From Candidatus Iainarchaeum sp. (lineage in GTDB: Archaea > Iainarchaeota > Iainarchaeia > Iainarchaeales > DTGL01): a stretch of DNA of 32,000 bases. Where the stretch lies: the NCBI GenBank assembly GCA_038736825.1, contig JAVYME010000003.1, positions 1 through 32,000 on the forward strand, given 5' to 3'. Below, in pieces: positions 25,179 to 32,000 of the stretch. A program made the position numbers and the translations under genes. The notes under the pieces are model-generated. The model searched no databases. It was not told the DNA's origin and saw only the letters and a program-made list of their open reading frames with translations. Position 1 is the stretch's first letter, and every line of letters starts with the position of its first letter.

Positions 25179-26209
25179 GACTGCGGGGAATCCATTTGAG
25201 TGTAAAAACTGAAAAAGCGGAAAGGCTTCTCAGGATTGCTGCAATTGTCTTGGCATTGGTGTCGCTTGCGGTTTTATTGTTTGGCTTTTTCACTGGCGCT
25301 TTTTTTTTGATTTACCAAGCCAACTTTTTGTTTTTATTGCTCAGCATTGCCTGTTTTCTTTTTTCCATTGCAGCGTGGCTTTTTGCTTGGGCTTTTCTTG
25401 TGGTTAAAAGGAAAAGAATGCCATTCAAAAGGGTTTTTTTGGCAGGCTGTGCTTCTGTTTTTGGCTCTCTCACGCCAGTGCAACTCGGCTCTGATGTTTT
25501 GCGAGGGCTTTTCTTGAAAGAGGAATTCAATGCGCCTTTTTCTGAAGGCTTTTCAGCATCGCTTATAGTTAAGGGTTTAAAGTTCAGCGCTCTTTCGCTT
25601 GCATCACTGGCTTTTTTGTTTGTTGTTTTTTTCGGGCAAGGTTTTGGCAGTTTTGCAATTCCGCTTTTTTCAGGGCTTTTTGTGGTATTGCTTGCAACCC
25701 TCTTGTTTCTTTTGCCGCTCAAGAAAAGCATGGGTTGCAGGATTTCGCGATTTTTTGGATTGCTTTCAAGAAAAATTCCCCAGCTGAAACCTCTTGAAAA
25801 ATATTTTTTAGACTATTCTGATTTCTTAGCCCAGTTTTCAGGCAAGGCATTGCTTGCAACAATGCTTTTGGCAGCAATTTCTTGGATTTTAGAGTTCGCT
25901 TCACTTTTTTTTGCTTTTGCCTCGCTTTCAATTGAAATAAACCTGCTTTCGCTTTCCGCCCTTTTCATATTGCTTGCATTGCTTGAAAGGGCGCCTTTTC
26001 TTCCACACGGCATACTTCTCGTTGAAAGCGCTGGCTTTGCATTCCTATCAATGCCTTTGGCTGGCCAGCCAAGCCTTTCCCTGCCAGAAATAGGCTCAGT
26101 GCTCATATTATATGATATTTCAAGGCTTATTTTTCCATCAGTTGCATCGCTTTGTTTTTATTTTTGGCGCGAAAAATCAAGAAAAGGCATTACAACTGCA
26201 AGGATTTAA
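25175..26209 (+). CDS. UPF0104 / LPG-synthase-TM (flippase-like) family integral membrane protein
   Basis: The GTG start overlaps the previous stop (GTGA). There are about eight TM helices. Conserved-looking segments are FGSLTPVQLGSDVLRGLFLKE and LERAPFLPHGILLVESAGFAFL, which resemble the two P-x-G...E/R motifs of PF03706. The family call is from memory. Confidence 0.55.
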   Translation: MRLRGIHLSVKTEKAERLLRIAAIVLALVSLAVLLFGFFTGAFFLIYQANFLFLLLSIACFLFSIAAWLFAWAFLVVKRKRMPFKRVFLAGCASVFGSLTPVQLGSDVLRGLFLKEEFNAPFSEGFSASLIVKGLKFSALSLASLAFLFVVFFGQGFGSFAIPLFSGLFVVLLATLLFLLPLKKSMGCRISRFFGLLSRKIPQLKPLEKYFLDYSDFLAQFSGKALLATMLLAAISWILEFASLFFAFASLSIEINLLSLSALFILLALLERAPFLPHGILLVESAGFAFLSMPLAGQPSLSLPEIGSVLILYDISRLIFPSVASLCFYFWREKSRKGITTARI

Positions 26210-27186
26210 GCAAGCAACAGGAACACTGTAAGACAGTTGGCAATCAATATTGCCCATATAACTAAAACAAGGTTTCTTTCACTCATTGGCCCAAAAAGCC
26301 TTATTAGTATTTTTGCAAAATCATATTTTCCACTGCCTTTTCCTCTTGGCGGAAGAGCTATTTTTTGCTCGGGTGAAAGACTGTAAGGCAATGCATTGCG
26401 CTGGCTTGGATCTGAAGGGTTTGTGAAAAGCTTTGCAGTAAAATCTATAATGTGTGGCAAAAAGAAAAGAAAGGAGATTGACATAATCCTAAAGTCCTTT
26501 GTCCAAACCAGCAAGCCTGCAAGCGCAGAACCAATCAAGAGAGTTCCAGAATCCCCGGGAAAAGCCCTTGCGGGAAAAACATTGAAAACCAAAAGAGCGA
26601 AAACCGCTCCGCTTACCGCTAGCGCGAGAGGCACAAGACCAGAATAAGGAGACACAAAAAGAAGCGCTGCAAAAAACACTGACAAAATGAATCCAGAGCC
26701 AACTTCCCAGCCATTCAAGCCAGCAAAAGTGTTTTGAAAACTGGCAATGCCTGCAAGAAACAGGGAAGCCAGAATTATTTTAAAAAGCGAGCCGGCCAAG
26801 TTTTCTCCGCTAAAGAAAAAGGCTGCAAAAGCAAGAGAGATTATGGCAATAATTATTGCTCGATAGCTCCATTTCCTTGTCTCTGAAAGAAATTTTGGCT
26901 TTATGTCGTCAAAAAACCCCAAAATGGAAAAGCATGAAACCATGCCAGCCCACAAAAAAACAGTCAAGTCACCATAAAGCCAATAAAAAGCAATAGTGCA
27001 AACCCAAACCGGCAATAGTAATGCAATGCCCGTGCTTTCAGGAATTTTCTTTAAGCCCGGCTTGTTCACATCTATGCCTATAATTCCCTTTTTCAAATGC
27101 CTGGCGGACACAATTTTGACAGCCACAACGCCAAGCGCAAAAGATGCCGCAAAGAATACGGCTGAAATGATTTCCTGCCATTGCAT
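26206..27186 (-). CDS. aglH: UDP-GlcNAc:dolichyl-phosphate GlcNAc-1-phosphate transferase (AglH/Alg7-like; MraY/WecA GT4 superfamily)
   Basis: The polytopic membrane protein has the FFDDIKP motif, NTFAGLNGWEVG and VFNVFPARAFPGDSGTLLIGSALAG, the hallmark motifs of polyprenyl-phosphate HexNAc-1-P transferases. Its stop codon overlaps the stop of the convergent UPF0104 gene (TTAA, 26206-26209). Confidence 0.8.
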   Translation of the reverse strand: MQWQEIISAVFFAASFALGVVAVKIVSARHLKKGIIGIDVNKPGLKKIPESTGIALLLPVWVCTIAFYWLYGDLTVFLWAGMVSCFSILGFFDDIKPKFLSETRKWSYRAIIIAIISLAFAAFFFSGENLAGSLFKIILASLFLAGIASFQNTFAGLNGWEVGSGFILSVFFAALLFVSPYSGLVPLALAVSGAVFALLVFNVFPARAFPGDSGTLLIGSALAGLLVWTKDFRIMSISFLFFLPHIIDFTAKLFTNPSDPSQRNALPYSLSPEQKIALPPRGKGSGKYDFAKILIRLFGPMSERNLVLVIWAILIANCLTVFLLLA

Positions 27187-27308
27187 CTTTTCACCAAACG
27201 CTATAAAAATAATTCAAAACATTTATATATGGATTTTTTTGTGTGCTTTAAAAAGGCGCTTGGGTTTTTTTTTAGTTTTCAATAATCGTTGTCTGCCCAA
27301 AACTTTTT

Positions 27309-28565
27309 TTAAGAGCTTATTGCTTTCGGGTTTTTTAAGATTTCTTTGAGCAAAACAGTTGCATAAGCCCCCTTTTCCAGTTCAAAGGAAACAGTGAAAT
27401 ATTTTTTTCCGTTGAAAACTTTGTCTTCTCCGGTTTCAAGCAAGCGCATTTTTTCCGGCACTATGAGGATTTTCCTTCTTGCGCCGCGGCTTGAGCATTC
27501 GCCTAATTTTTCAATGCGGAAATCTGCAAAGCAAACCCCTTCTCTTTCCAGTACTTTTCTTTCTATTTCGCCTATGCGTCCTGGAGAGAAAACAGAGTCA
27601 TAGCCGGCCAAGAGTCCAAGTGCAATTCCTCCCTCTTGGGGTTCTCCGTCAACCGGCTTTAATCCTATTCCTTGTTTTAATCTTTCTTTGAGGATTTCGT
27701 TGTAGAGATATGATTGGAATGCGTGTGTGAACAAAAACCTCAATCTCAGCGGTATTGCTTGCAATGCTGAGGCGAAATCGCTTGGGTTTTGGCACAAGGA
27801 ATTGAGTATGGCTCTTTCATACCTGTATTTTTGCGGGAATTCCTTTAATGCGGTTTTAAAATCTCTCGTTTTTGCAATTGCCCTTGCTTTTTTCACTTCT
27901 GTTTCTTCGTTTTCGCTTTCAGCTGAAAGGTAGAGCATTACTGCATTTTCAAGGTTTCCCTTGACTATTTCTCTTCCGACAACATGACTGATGGCGCGAA
28001 TTCCTCCAAACCTTTGCTCGCCAAAAAAATTTGCTATTCCATTCTCCATTTCCTTAAAGCATTCCAAAACCCTTTCTTCGATTTCTTTTATTTCGAGATC
28101 CACGTCTCTAACGGTTATTGTGAACCTGTTGCCTTTATGCATTCCCAAATCTATTTTTTCCTTTTGCCATGAAGCGTTCCTAAACCTTATCCCTCTCGGG
28201 CGAAATGCCTCTAAAAGTTTTGCATTTGGATTCCAAATGCTAATCCTTTGACAAGTGACAGCTCGCTTGTCCTTGATGCCAGCATAGCCGATTCTCTTGC
28301 CACTCACTTGCAAAAACCTTGCTGTTTGCCTTATAACTGAATGCAAGTCCTTGTTTATTTTTTCAAGGTCAAGGTGCAAGTAATCCATATTGTTTGGTTT
28401 TTCTGGCACAACAAGCTGTTCTTTGATTGTTTCAGTGGAAAGAAATGCTTTTGCTTCACAAACCCGTCCTTCAACAGAAATTTCTTCAACAACAAAATCA
28501 GTGTAAAGCCTTTTTATTTGCCCGCCAGTGCCAGGGCATTTTGTAAAATAAAAAACCTTTTCCAT
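27309..28565 (-). CDS. truD: tRNA pseudouridine(13) synthase TruD (Pus7-like)
   Basis: It is colinear with TruD motifs: GTGGQIKRLYTDFVVEE, GYAGIKDKRAVTCQ (catalytic Asp), KGNRFTITVRDV, NFFGEQRFG, GARRKILIVPE and FELEKGAYATVLLKEI. Confidence 0.9.
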   Translation of the reverse strand: MEKVFYFTKCPGTGGQIKRLYTDFVVEEISVEGRVCEAKAFLSTETIKEQLVVPEKPNNMDYLHLDLEKINKDLHSVIRQTARFLQVSGKRIGYAGIKDKRAVTCQRISIWNPNAKLLEAFRPRGIRFRNASWQKEKIDLGMHKGNRFTITVRDVDLEIKEIEERVLECFKEMENGIANFFGEQRFGGIRAISHVVGREIVKGNLENAVMLYLSAESENEETEVKKARAIAKTRDFKTALKEFPQKYRYERAILNSLCQNPSDFASALQAIPLRLRFLFTHAFQSYLYNEILKERLKQGIGLKPVDGEPQEGGIALGLLAGYDSVFSPGRIGEIERKVLEREGVCFADFRIEKLGECSSRGARRKILIVPEKMRLLETGEDKVFNGKKYFTVSFELEKGAYATVLLKEILKNPKAISS

Positions 28566-28588
28566 AAGGCAACCCGTTATCGGTTTTT

Positions 28589-29827
28589 TTACTTGTAGCG
28601 CAATATTGCGCCAATGCCCCCGAAAGCCTTAAGGAATTGCATTCCTTCATCTGTATCAGTGCTGATTATTCGCGTTTCAGCTCCAATCCTGTCAGCCATT
28701 TCTTGAAGGCGGTCAATGTATTCGGTTTCTTCCACTATTTCGGTTTCAGCCCCGCATTTTCCGCATTTTTTGCCTGAAACCTCTGCTTCAGATCGTGCAG
28801 TGTGCTTTTCAATGTTGCCGCATTTAATGCATTCTATTGTGAAAACGGTTTTTTCAAGTGCCTCGCTGACCAGAAGGGTTTTAACCTGGCCGTTTTCAAG
28901 CGCTTGCAAAACCTCTTTTTCACCGTAAGCGGCAAGCCCTGTTTTTATTACGTTGTGCATGAATTCTTTGACTATTTCTATTTCCATCATGACTTCTGCT
29001 TCTTTTAGCACATCCGCTGCATTGTGGACAAGCTCTCTTATTCCTGATTCGTCAGTGTAAGAAGTGCTTACCACTCCTATTATTTTTGCCTTTATTCTGT
29101 GATCCAGCAAGCCTTCTTGAAGAAAGTAATCTTTTGTCATGCCTGGGCCGCCTATTACAATGCCTTTGATTTTGTCTATGTCCTTCAAAAAAATTTCATT
29201 CATTTTTTCGCTTATTTTAATGTAAAAATTGTGCTCTGCCTCTTGCCTTAAGTGTTCAAACCTTTTCGCTGACTGTCCTCCGGCGCGAAATTTTCCGGCA
29301 ACCCTGCTCTTGAATTGCCCTATTATTTCGTATTTTTTGCCTGACAATAAGGCTATTGTTGCCTCGTTTTTGTCTATTGTGAGCAGTCCATAAACTTCTG
29401 TCGGGCGGGACATTGCTTCTAATGGTTTCAGGTTGAATTCGGAGTCACACCAGTAAAGTTTTGTTTCCAGTTTTTTTATTGGTTTTACTGTGAACAATTT
29501 GATGTCGGGTTTGCCTTCCTGCTGGGATACATTGCCTGCAAAAACCGCCAGCCCTTTTTTTGGAATGTTGAATTCTGTTCGCTTTAAGAAATTTATTACT
29601 TTTTTGAGGGCTCCTTGAACATTTTTTCTTGTGTTTGAGTCTTTTATGTTGGAGCTCTGGCTTTTTTCCTCTGTTAACTGGTTCATTACTGAAGAGCGGT
29701 CAGTACCATGTGGTATATAGAGGGAAATCAGTTCTGTGCCTGAGCCTTTTTTTATGCTTTTCAGTTTTTTCATTTTTTTGGCGAAAAGCATTCTTTCAGT
29801 TTCGCTCGCTTGTTCTTCAAAAGCCAT
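28589..29827 (-). CDS. prf1: Peptide chain release factor aRF1
   Basis: It has the GGQ motif (AGGQSAKRF), a YxCxxxF motif (YWCDSEF), GTELISLYIP, an NIKS-position motif reading NIKD, and a C-domain zinc ribbon (CIKCG...CGKCG). I chose ATG 29827 (MAFEEQ...). The 18 extra codons of the ORF track run into the AT-rich promoter region. Confidence 0.9.
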   Translation of the reverse strand: MAFEEQASETERMLFAKKMKKLKSIKKGSGTELISLYIPHGTDRSSVMNQLTEEKSQSSNIKDSNTRKNVQGALKKVINFLKRTEFNIPKKGLAVFAGNVSQQEGKPDIKLFTVKPIKKLETKLYWCDSEFNLKPLEAMSRPTEVYGLLTIDKNEATIALLSGKKYEIIGQFKSRVAGKFRAGGQSAKRFEHLRQEAEHNFYIKISEKMNEIFLKDIDKIKGIVIGGPGMTKDYFLQEGLLDHRIKAKIIGVVSTSYTDESGIRELVHNAADVLKEAEVMMEIEIVKEFMHNVIKTGLAAYGEKEVLQALENGQVKTLLVSEALEKTVFTIECIKCGNIEKHTARSEAEVSGKKCGKCGAETEIVEETEYIDRLQEMADRIGAETRIISTDTDEGMQFLKAFGGIGAILRYK

Positions 29828-29950
29828 AAAAATCATTCCATAAAATGCAAACCTGGTTTTTATAAAAAAAGAGGTTTCCAAATATTTTTATATACAGAAA
29901 GCATTTATAGTTAATGATTTGCAGCAAAAAAACTTTGTTTTGGAAACCCC

Positions 29951-30763
29951 ATGTTCGATGAAGGCTTTTTTGCAATGTACAATGAGGGCATGAATGAAGC
30001 CTCTCCTGCAAAAGACAGTGGTTCCACTGGAACAATTGAAAGTGTTTCGTTTGGTGCAAAGCAGAAAATTTTTGTCCTTTCAGTGGGTGGTTCAATAATT
30101 GCTCCAGACAAGCCTGATGCGGCTTTTGTTTCCAAGTTTGGCGCTTGCCTGGAAAGGCTTTTCTTGGAAGGATACCGGTTTGCGCTTGTGGCTGGAGGGG
30201 GGCAAACTGCACGAAATTATATTGCTGCTGTTAAAGCGCTTGGCGCTGACAATTTTGCGCTTGACGAGATTGGCATTGCTGCCACTCGCTTGAATGCAGC
30301 GCTTTTGATTCATGGCATTGAGAGAGCGCATCCAGAGGTTTTGACTGACATTCGCAAGGCAAGGGAGATAATTGTTGCTGGAAAAATACCTGTTTTTGGC
30401 GGTTTAATGCCCGGTTTTACCACTGATGCTGTTGCGGTTTTGCTTGCAGAGTCCCTTTCAATGGAATATGATGTGGAATATGTTAACATGACCAATGTTA
30501 GTGGCATTTACTCTTCTGATCCAAGTGTTCACCCAAAAGCGCGCATGTTTGAAAGAATTTCTTTTGAGCGCCTTTTGAGCTTGATGAAGCTGGCTGAAAG
30601 CAAGCCAGGACAGAATTTGGTTATAGATGTGCCAGCGTGTCTTTTCCTAAAGCGCTCTAAAATTCCAGGAATAGTTTTGGATGGACGGGACTTGGATAAT
30701 TTGGAAAAAGCAATAAAGGGAATGGAGTTTGAGGGAACCCGCATACTTGAAATGGAAGATTAA
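29951..30763 (+). CDS. pyrH: Archaeal-type UMP kinase with an N-terminal extension of about 35-40 aa
   Basis: The amino-acid kinase fold motifs are KIFVLSVGGSII, ALVAGGGQTARNYI, FGGLMPGFTTDAVA and VSGIYSSDP. The homologous core begins about 40 codons after the first ATG. In-frame ATGs occur only at codons 1, 9 and 14. Confidence 0.88.
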   Translation: MFDEGFFAMYNEGMNEASPAKDSGSTGTIESVSFGAKQKIFVLSVGGSIIAPDKPDAAFVSKFGACLERLFLEGYRFALVAGGGQTARNYIAAVKALGADNFALDEIGIAATRLNAALLIHGIERAHPEVLTDIRKAREIIVAGKIPVFGGLMPGFTTDAVAVLLAESLSMEYDVEYVNMTNVSGIYSSDPSVHPKARMFERISFERLLSLMKLAESKPGQNLVIDVPACLFLKRSKIPGIVLDGRDLDNLEKAIKGMEFEGTRILEMED

Positions 30764-30820
30764 AAAAAGAAATTTTTTCATTTTTTTTTGGAAAACAAGA
30801 ATAAACTTTTTTTAATTTTT

Positions 30821-31786
30821 TTATTCTAGTGCTTCCCGCATTTCTTCTGCGCTTACAAGGAGTTTTTTCCAGTGTGGAGCATCATCAATTGATAAGCGCG
30901 GACAGGCAGTGTTCACAAAGCACTCTAAGCCCAAGCCCAGAACAAATTCTTCCCTTATTTCGCTTGAGGCCAGAATTAGTGCTTTTTTTCTTCTTTTTTC
31001 AGCCAAACTCTTTAATTCAAGTGCTTTTTTGAGCGCCATTTGCCCTGGTTTTGTTGATACAAGGATTCCGAAAGATTTGGCTTGTTTTGCGATTTCTATT
31101 CTTGCAAGGTGGGCTCTTTCCCTGCGGTCTATTTCCCTTTCGCTTACTTCTGAAATGTTTTCTGCGAAGGGGTTGAGGGCGAAAACCGGCTTGTTTGTGT
31201 TATAAGCTATTCCCAATGGATGGAATTGTCCATCTCCAACAAAAACAAAGCAATCTGTTTTTGTAGCAATGCGTTTTGCTGCCATTGTGTTGCATCCAAG
31301 CACTTGTCCTTTACGCATGCTGCCAGAATTGCTGATTAGCACTGTGAAGCCGTTTTCTTCAAGCATTTTTTTTGTGGCAGGCAGCCATTTCAGGAATTGT
31401 GCTGTGGAAAGAAGCCCGATTCTTTTGAATTCTTTTTCTTTCAGTTTTCCTGAAAGCGCTAAAACCAGTTTTTTCAGGATTGTTTTTTTTAATGGATAGT
31501 TGAGTGGCACGTAAAGGATTTTTTTTGATTTCATGAATTGGGTGTGCCCGAAATGGATTGCAAGGTCTGCTTTGAGTGTTTTCATTTCTTGTAATGGCAG
31601 GTCGCATGCTCCATAGCATGGTTCTATTATGGAAACTGTTTTTGTTCCGGTTTTTTTCTCGATTTCTCTTGCAATTTTGACTGTTTCTGTTTTTAGTCCT
31701 TCTGGGAATTGCAACAACAAGATTTTTGGTTTTTTTTGCAGAATGGCGTTTATTGTGCTTTCTATGCTGAATTCTGGCTTTATCAT
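30821..31786 (-). CDS. dph2: 2-(3-amino-3-carboxypropyl)histidine synthase Dph2 (diphthamide biosynthesis, radical SAM-like)
   Basis: The sequence LLLQFPEGLKTETVKIAREIEKKTG..VSIIEPCYGACDL, ...VGDGQFHPLG... and ...FVNTACPRLSIDD is typical of archaeal Dph2. The start is ATG 31786 (MIKPEF). The 64 upstream Arg-rich codons in the ORF track are the out-of-frame 3' end of the next gene. Confidence 0.88.
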   Translation of the reverse strand: MIKPEFSIESTINAILQKKPKILLLQFPEGLKTETVKIAREIEKKTGTKTVSIIEPCYGACDLPLQEMKTLKADLAIHFGHTQFMKSKKILYVPLNYPLKKTILKKLVLALSGKLKEKEFKRIGLLSTAQFLKWLPATKKMLEENGFTVLISNSGSMRKGQVLGCNTMAAKRIATKTDCFVFVGDGQFHPLGIAYNTNKPVFALNPFAENISEVSEREIDRRERAHLARIEIAKQAKSFGILVSTKPGQMALKKALELKSLAEKRRKKALILASSEIREEFVLGLGLECFVNTACPRLSIDDAPHWKKLLVSAEEMREALE

Positions 31787-32000
31787 GTTTTTTCTTTTCC
31801 TTTGAGTCCGTCTAAAATCATTTTTTTCTCTTCTACTAGCACTACGTGTTTTATTTGTTCCACTGCGTCTATGTTGGCGGACAACGAGTCTATGCCGTAC
31901 CTTATGAGTTTTGTTACCATTTCTGGATTGCTTGCCGCTTGCCCGCAAATTGATGTTGTGACGCCTGCTGCTTTGCATTTTTCTATTACTCTTTTGAGTG
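31783..32000 (-). CDS. ppsA: PEP-utilising enzyme (phosphoenolpyruvate synthase / PPDK type), C-terminal 72 codons; remainder outside the window
   Basis: My own translation of the minus strand in the frame ending at TGA 31785-31783 gives LKRVIEKCKAAGVTTSICGQAASNPEMVTKLIRYGIDSLSANIDAVEQIKHVVLVEEKK.... This matches the conserved C-terminal TIM-barrel end of PpsA/PPDK (..GICGQAPSD.PEF...L...GI.S.S.NPD.V). The stop overlaps the dph2 start (ATGA). Confidence 0.7.
   Translation of the reverse strand, partial: LKRVIEKCKAAGVTTSICGQAASNPEMVTKLIRYGIDSLSANIDAVEQIKHVVLVEEKKMILDGLKGKEKT

Noticed and set aside
30021-30033. The palindrome GTTCCACTGGAAC, whose complement GTTCCAGTGGAAC resembles the archaeal mini-ORB origin-recognition box. 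A similar half-match (gttccactgga) lies at about 13097 inside priL.
   Set aside because: It is only a 6+1+6 palindrome, and several are expected by chance in 32 kb. Both copies lie inside coding sequence. There are no clustered repeats flanking an AT-rich unwinding element and no orc1/cdc6 gene in the window.
31787-31978. A 64-codon Arg/Lys-rich N-terminal extension of the Dph2 ORF in the supplied track (MQSSRRHNINLRASGKQSRN...).
   Set aside because: A different frame of the same DNA encodes the conserved C-terminus of a PEP-utilising enzyme ending at TGA 31785-31783. Dph2 homology begins at MIKPEF (ATG 31786). The extension is therefore out-of-frame read-through of the upstream gene.
1-32000. 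A search by eye for tRNA, rRNA, SRP/RNase P RNA, C/D-box sRNA, CRISPR repeats, transposases or integrases, and defence or toxin-antitoxin modules.
   Set aside because: All intergenic spacers are short (mostly under 130 nt, the longest about 240 nt) and AT-rich, without GC-rich structured segments. There are no regularly spaced direct repeats, and no ORF has recombinase, nuclease-NTPase defence or TA-like features. Covariance-model scans (tRNAscan-SE, Infernal) would be needed to exclude small RNAs formally.
1-32000. Possible stop-codon reassignment or an alternative genetic code, considered because of the aRF1 NIKD variant and the uncultivated-lineage look of the sequence.
   Set aside because: TAA, TAG and TGA each terminate several homology-supported genes at the expected protein length. 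No conserved gene in the window is interrupted by an in-frame stop.

Overview
The window is a gene-dense (about 90% coding), roughly 40% GC stretch of an archaeal chromosome. Gene content is almost entirely archaeal housekeeping: membrane LonB, Csl4, Rpo11, PCNA, PriL/PriS, Gins51, eS27, aIF2-alpha, PAC2, EndoQ, aRF1, TruD, Dph2 and an S-layer protein. The compact genes, frequent 4-8 nt gene overlaps and several lineage-specific orphans suggest a small-genome uncultivated archaeon, possibly DPANN-like, but that is inference only. I found no rRNA, tRNA, CRISPR array, transposase, integrase or recognisable defence or toxin-antitoxin genes.

There are three main blocks:
1. 0.5-9.1 kb: membrane and proteostasis genes plus a Csl4-Rpo11-DUF99-signal peptidase run.
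2. 9.1-17.7 kb: a replication-translation supercluster. Its order is an orphan, an OB-fold gene, PCNA-1, type II pantothenate kinase, PCNA-2, PriL, PriS, Gins51, eS27, aIF2-alpha and PAC2.
3. 20-27 kb: a cell-envelope block. It holds an S-layer gene of distinct composition with a strong promoter, a lipoprotein, a UPF0104 flippase-like membrane protein and the AglH-type GlcNAc-1-P transferase.

The items most worth following up are listed below. None is a proven new system, and most of the window is ordinary core genome.
- Two strongly diverged PCNA paralogues are split by a bacterial/eukaryotic-type PanK.
- The first PCNA is translationally coupled to an uncharacterised OB-fold protein.
- An S-layer/lipoprotein/UPF0104/AglH module may include a lipid-linked-oligosaccharide flippase.
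- Two basic orphan proteins lie at 2587-3327 and 9151-10140.
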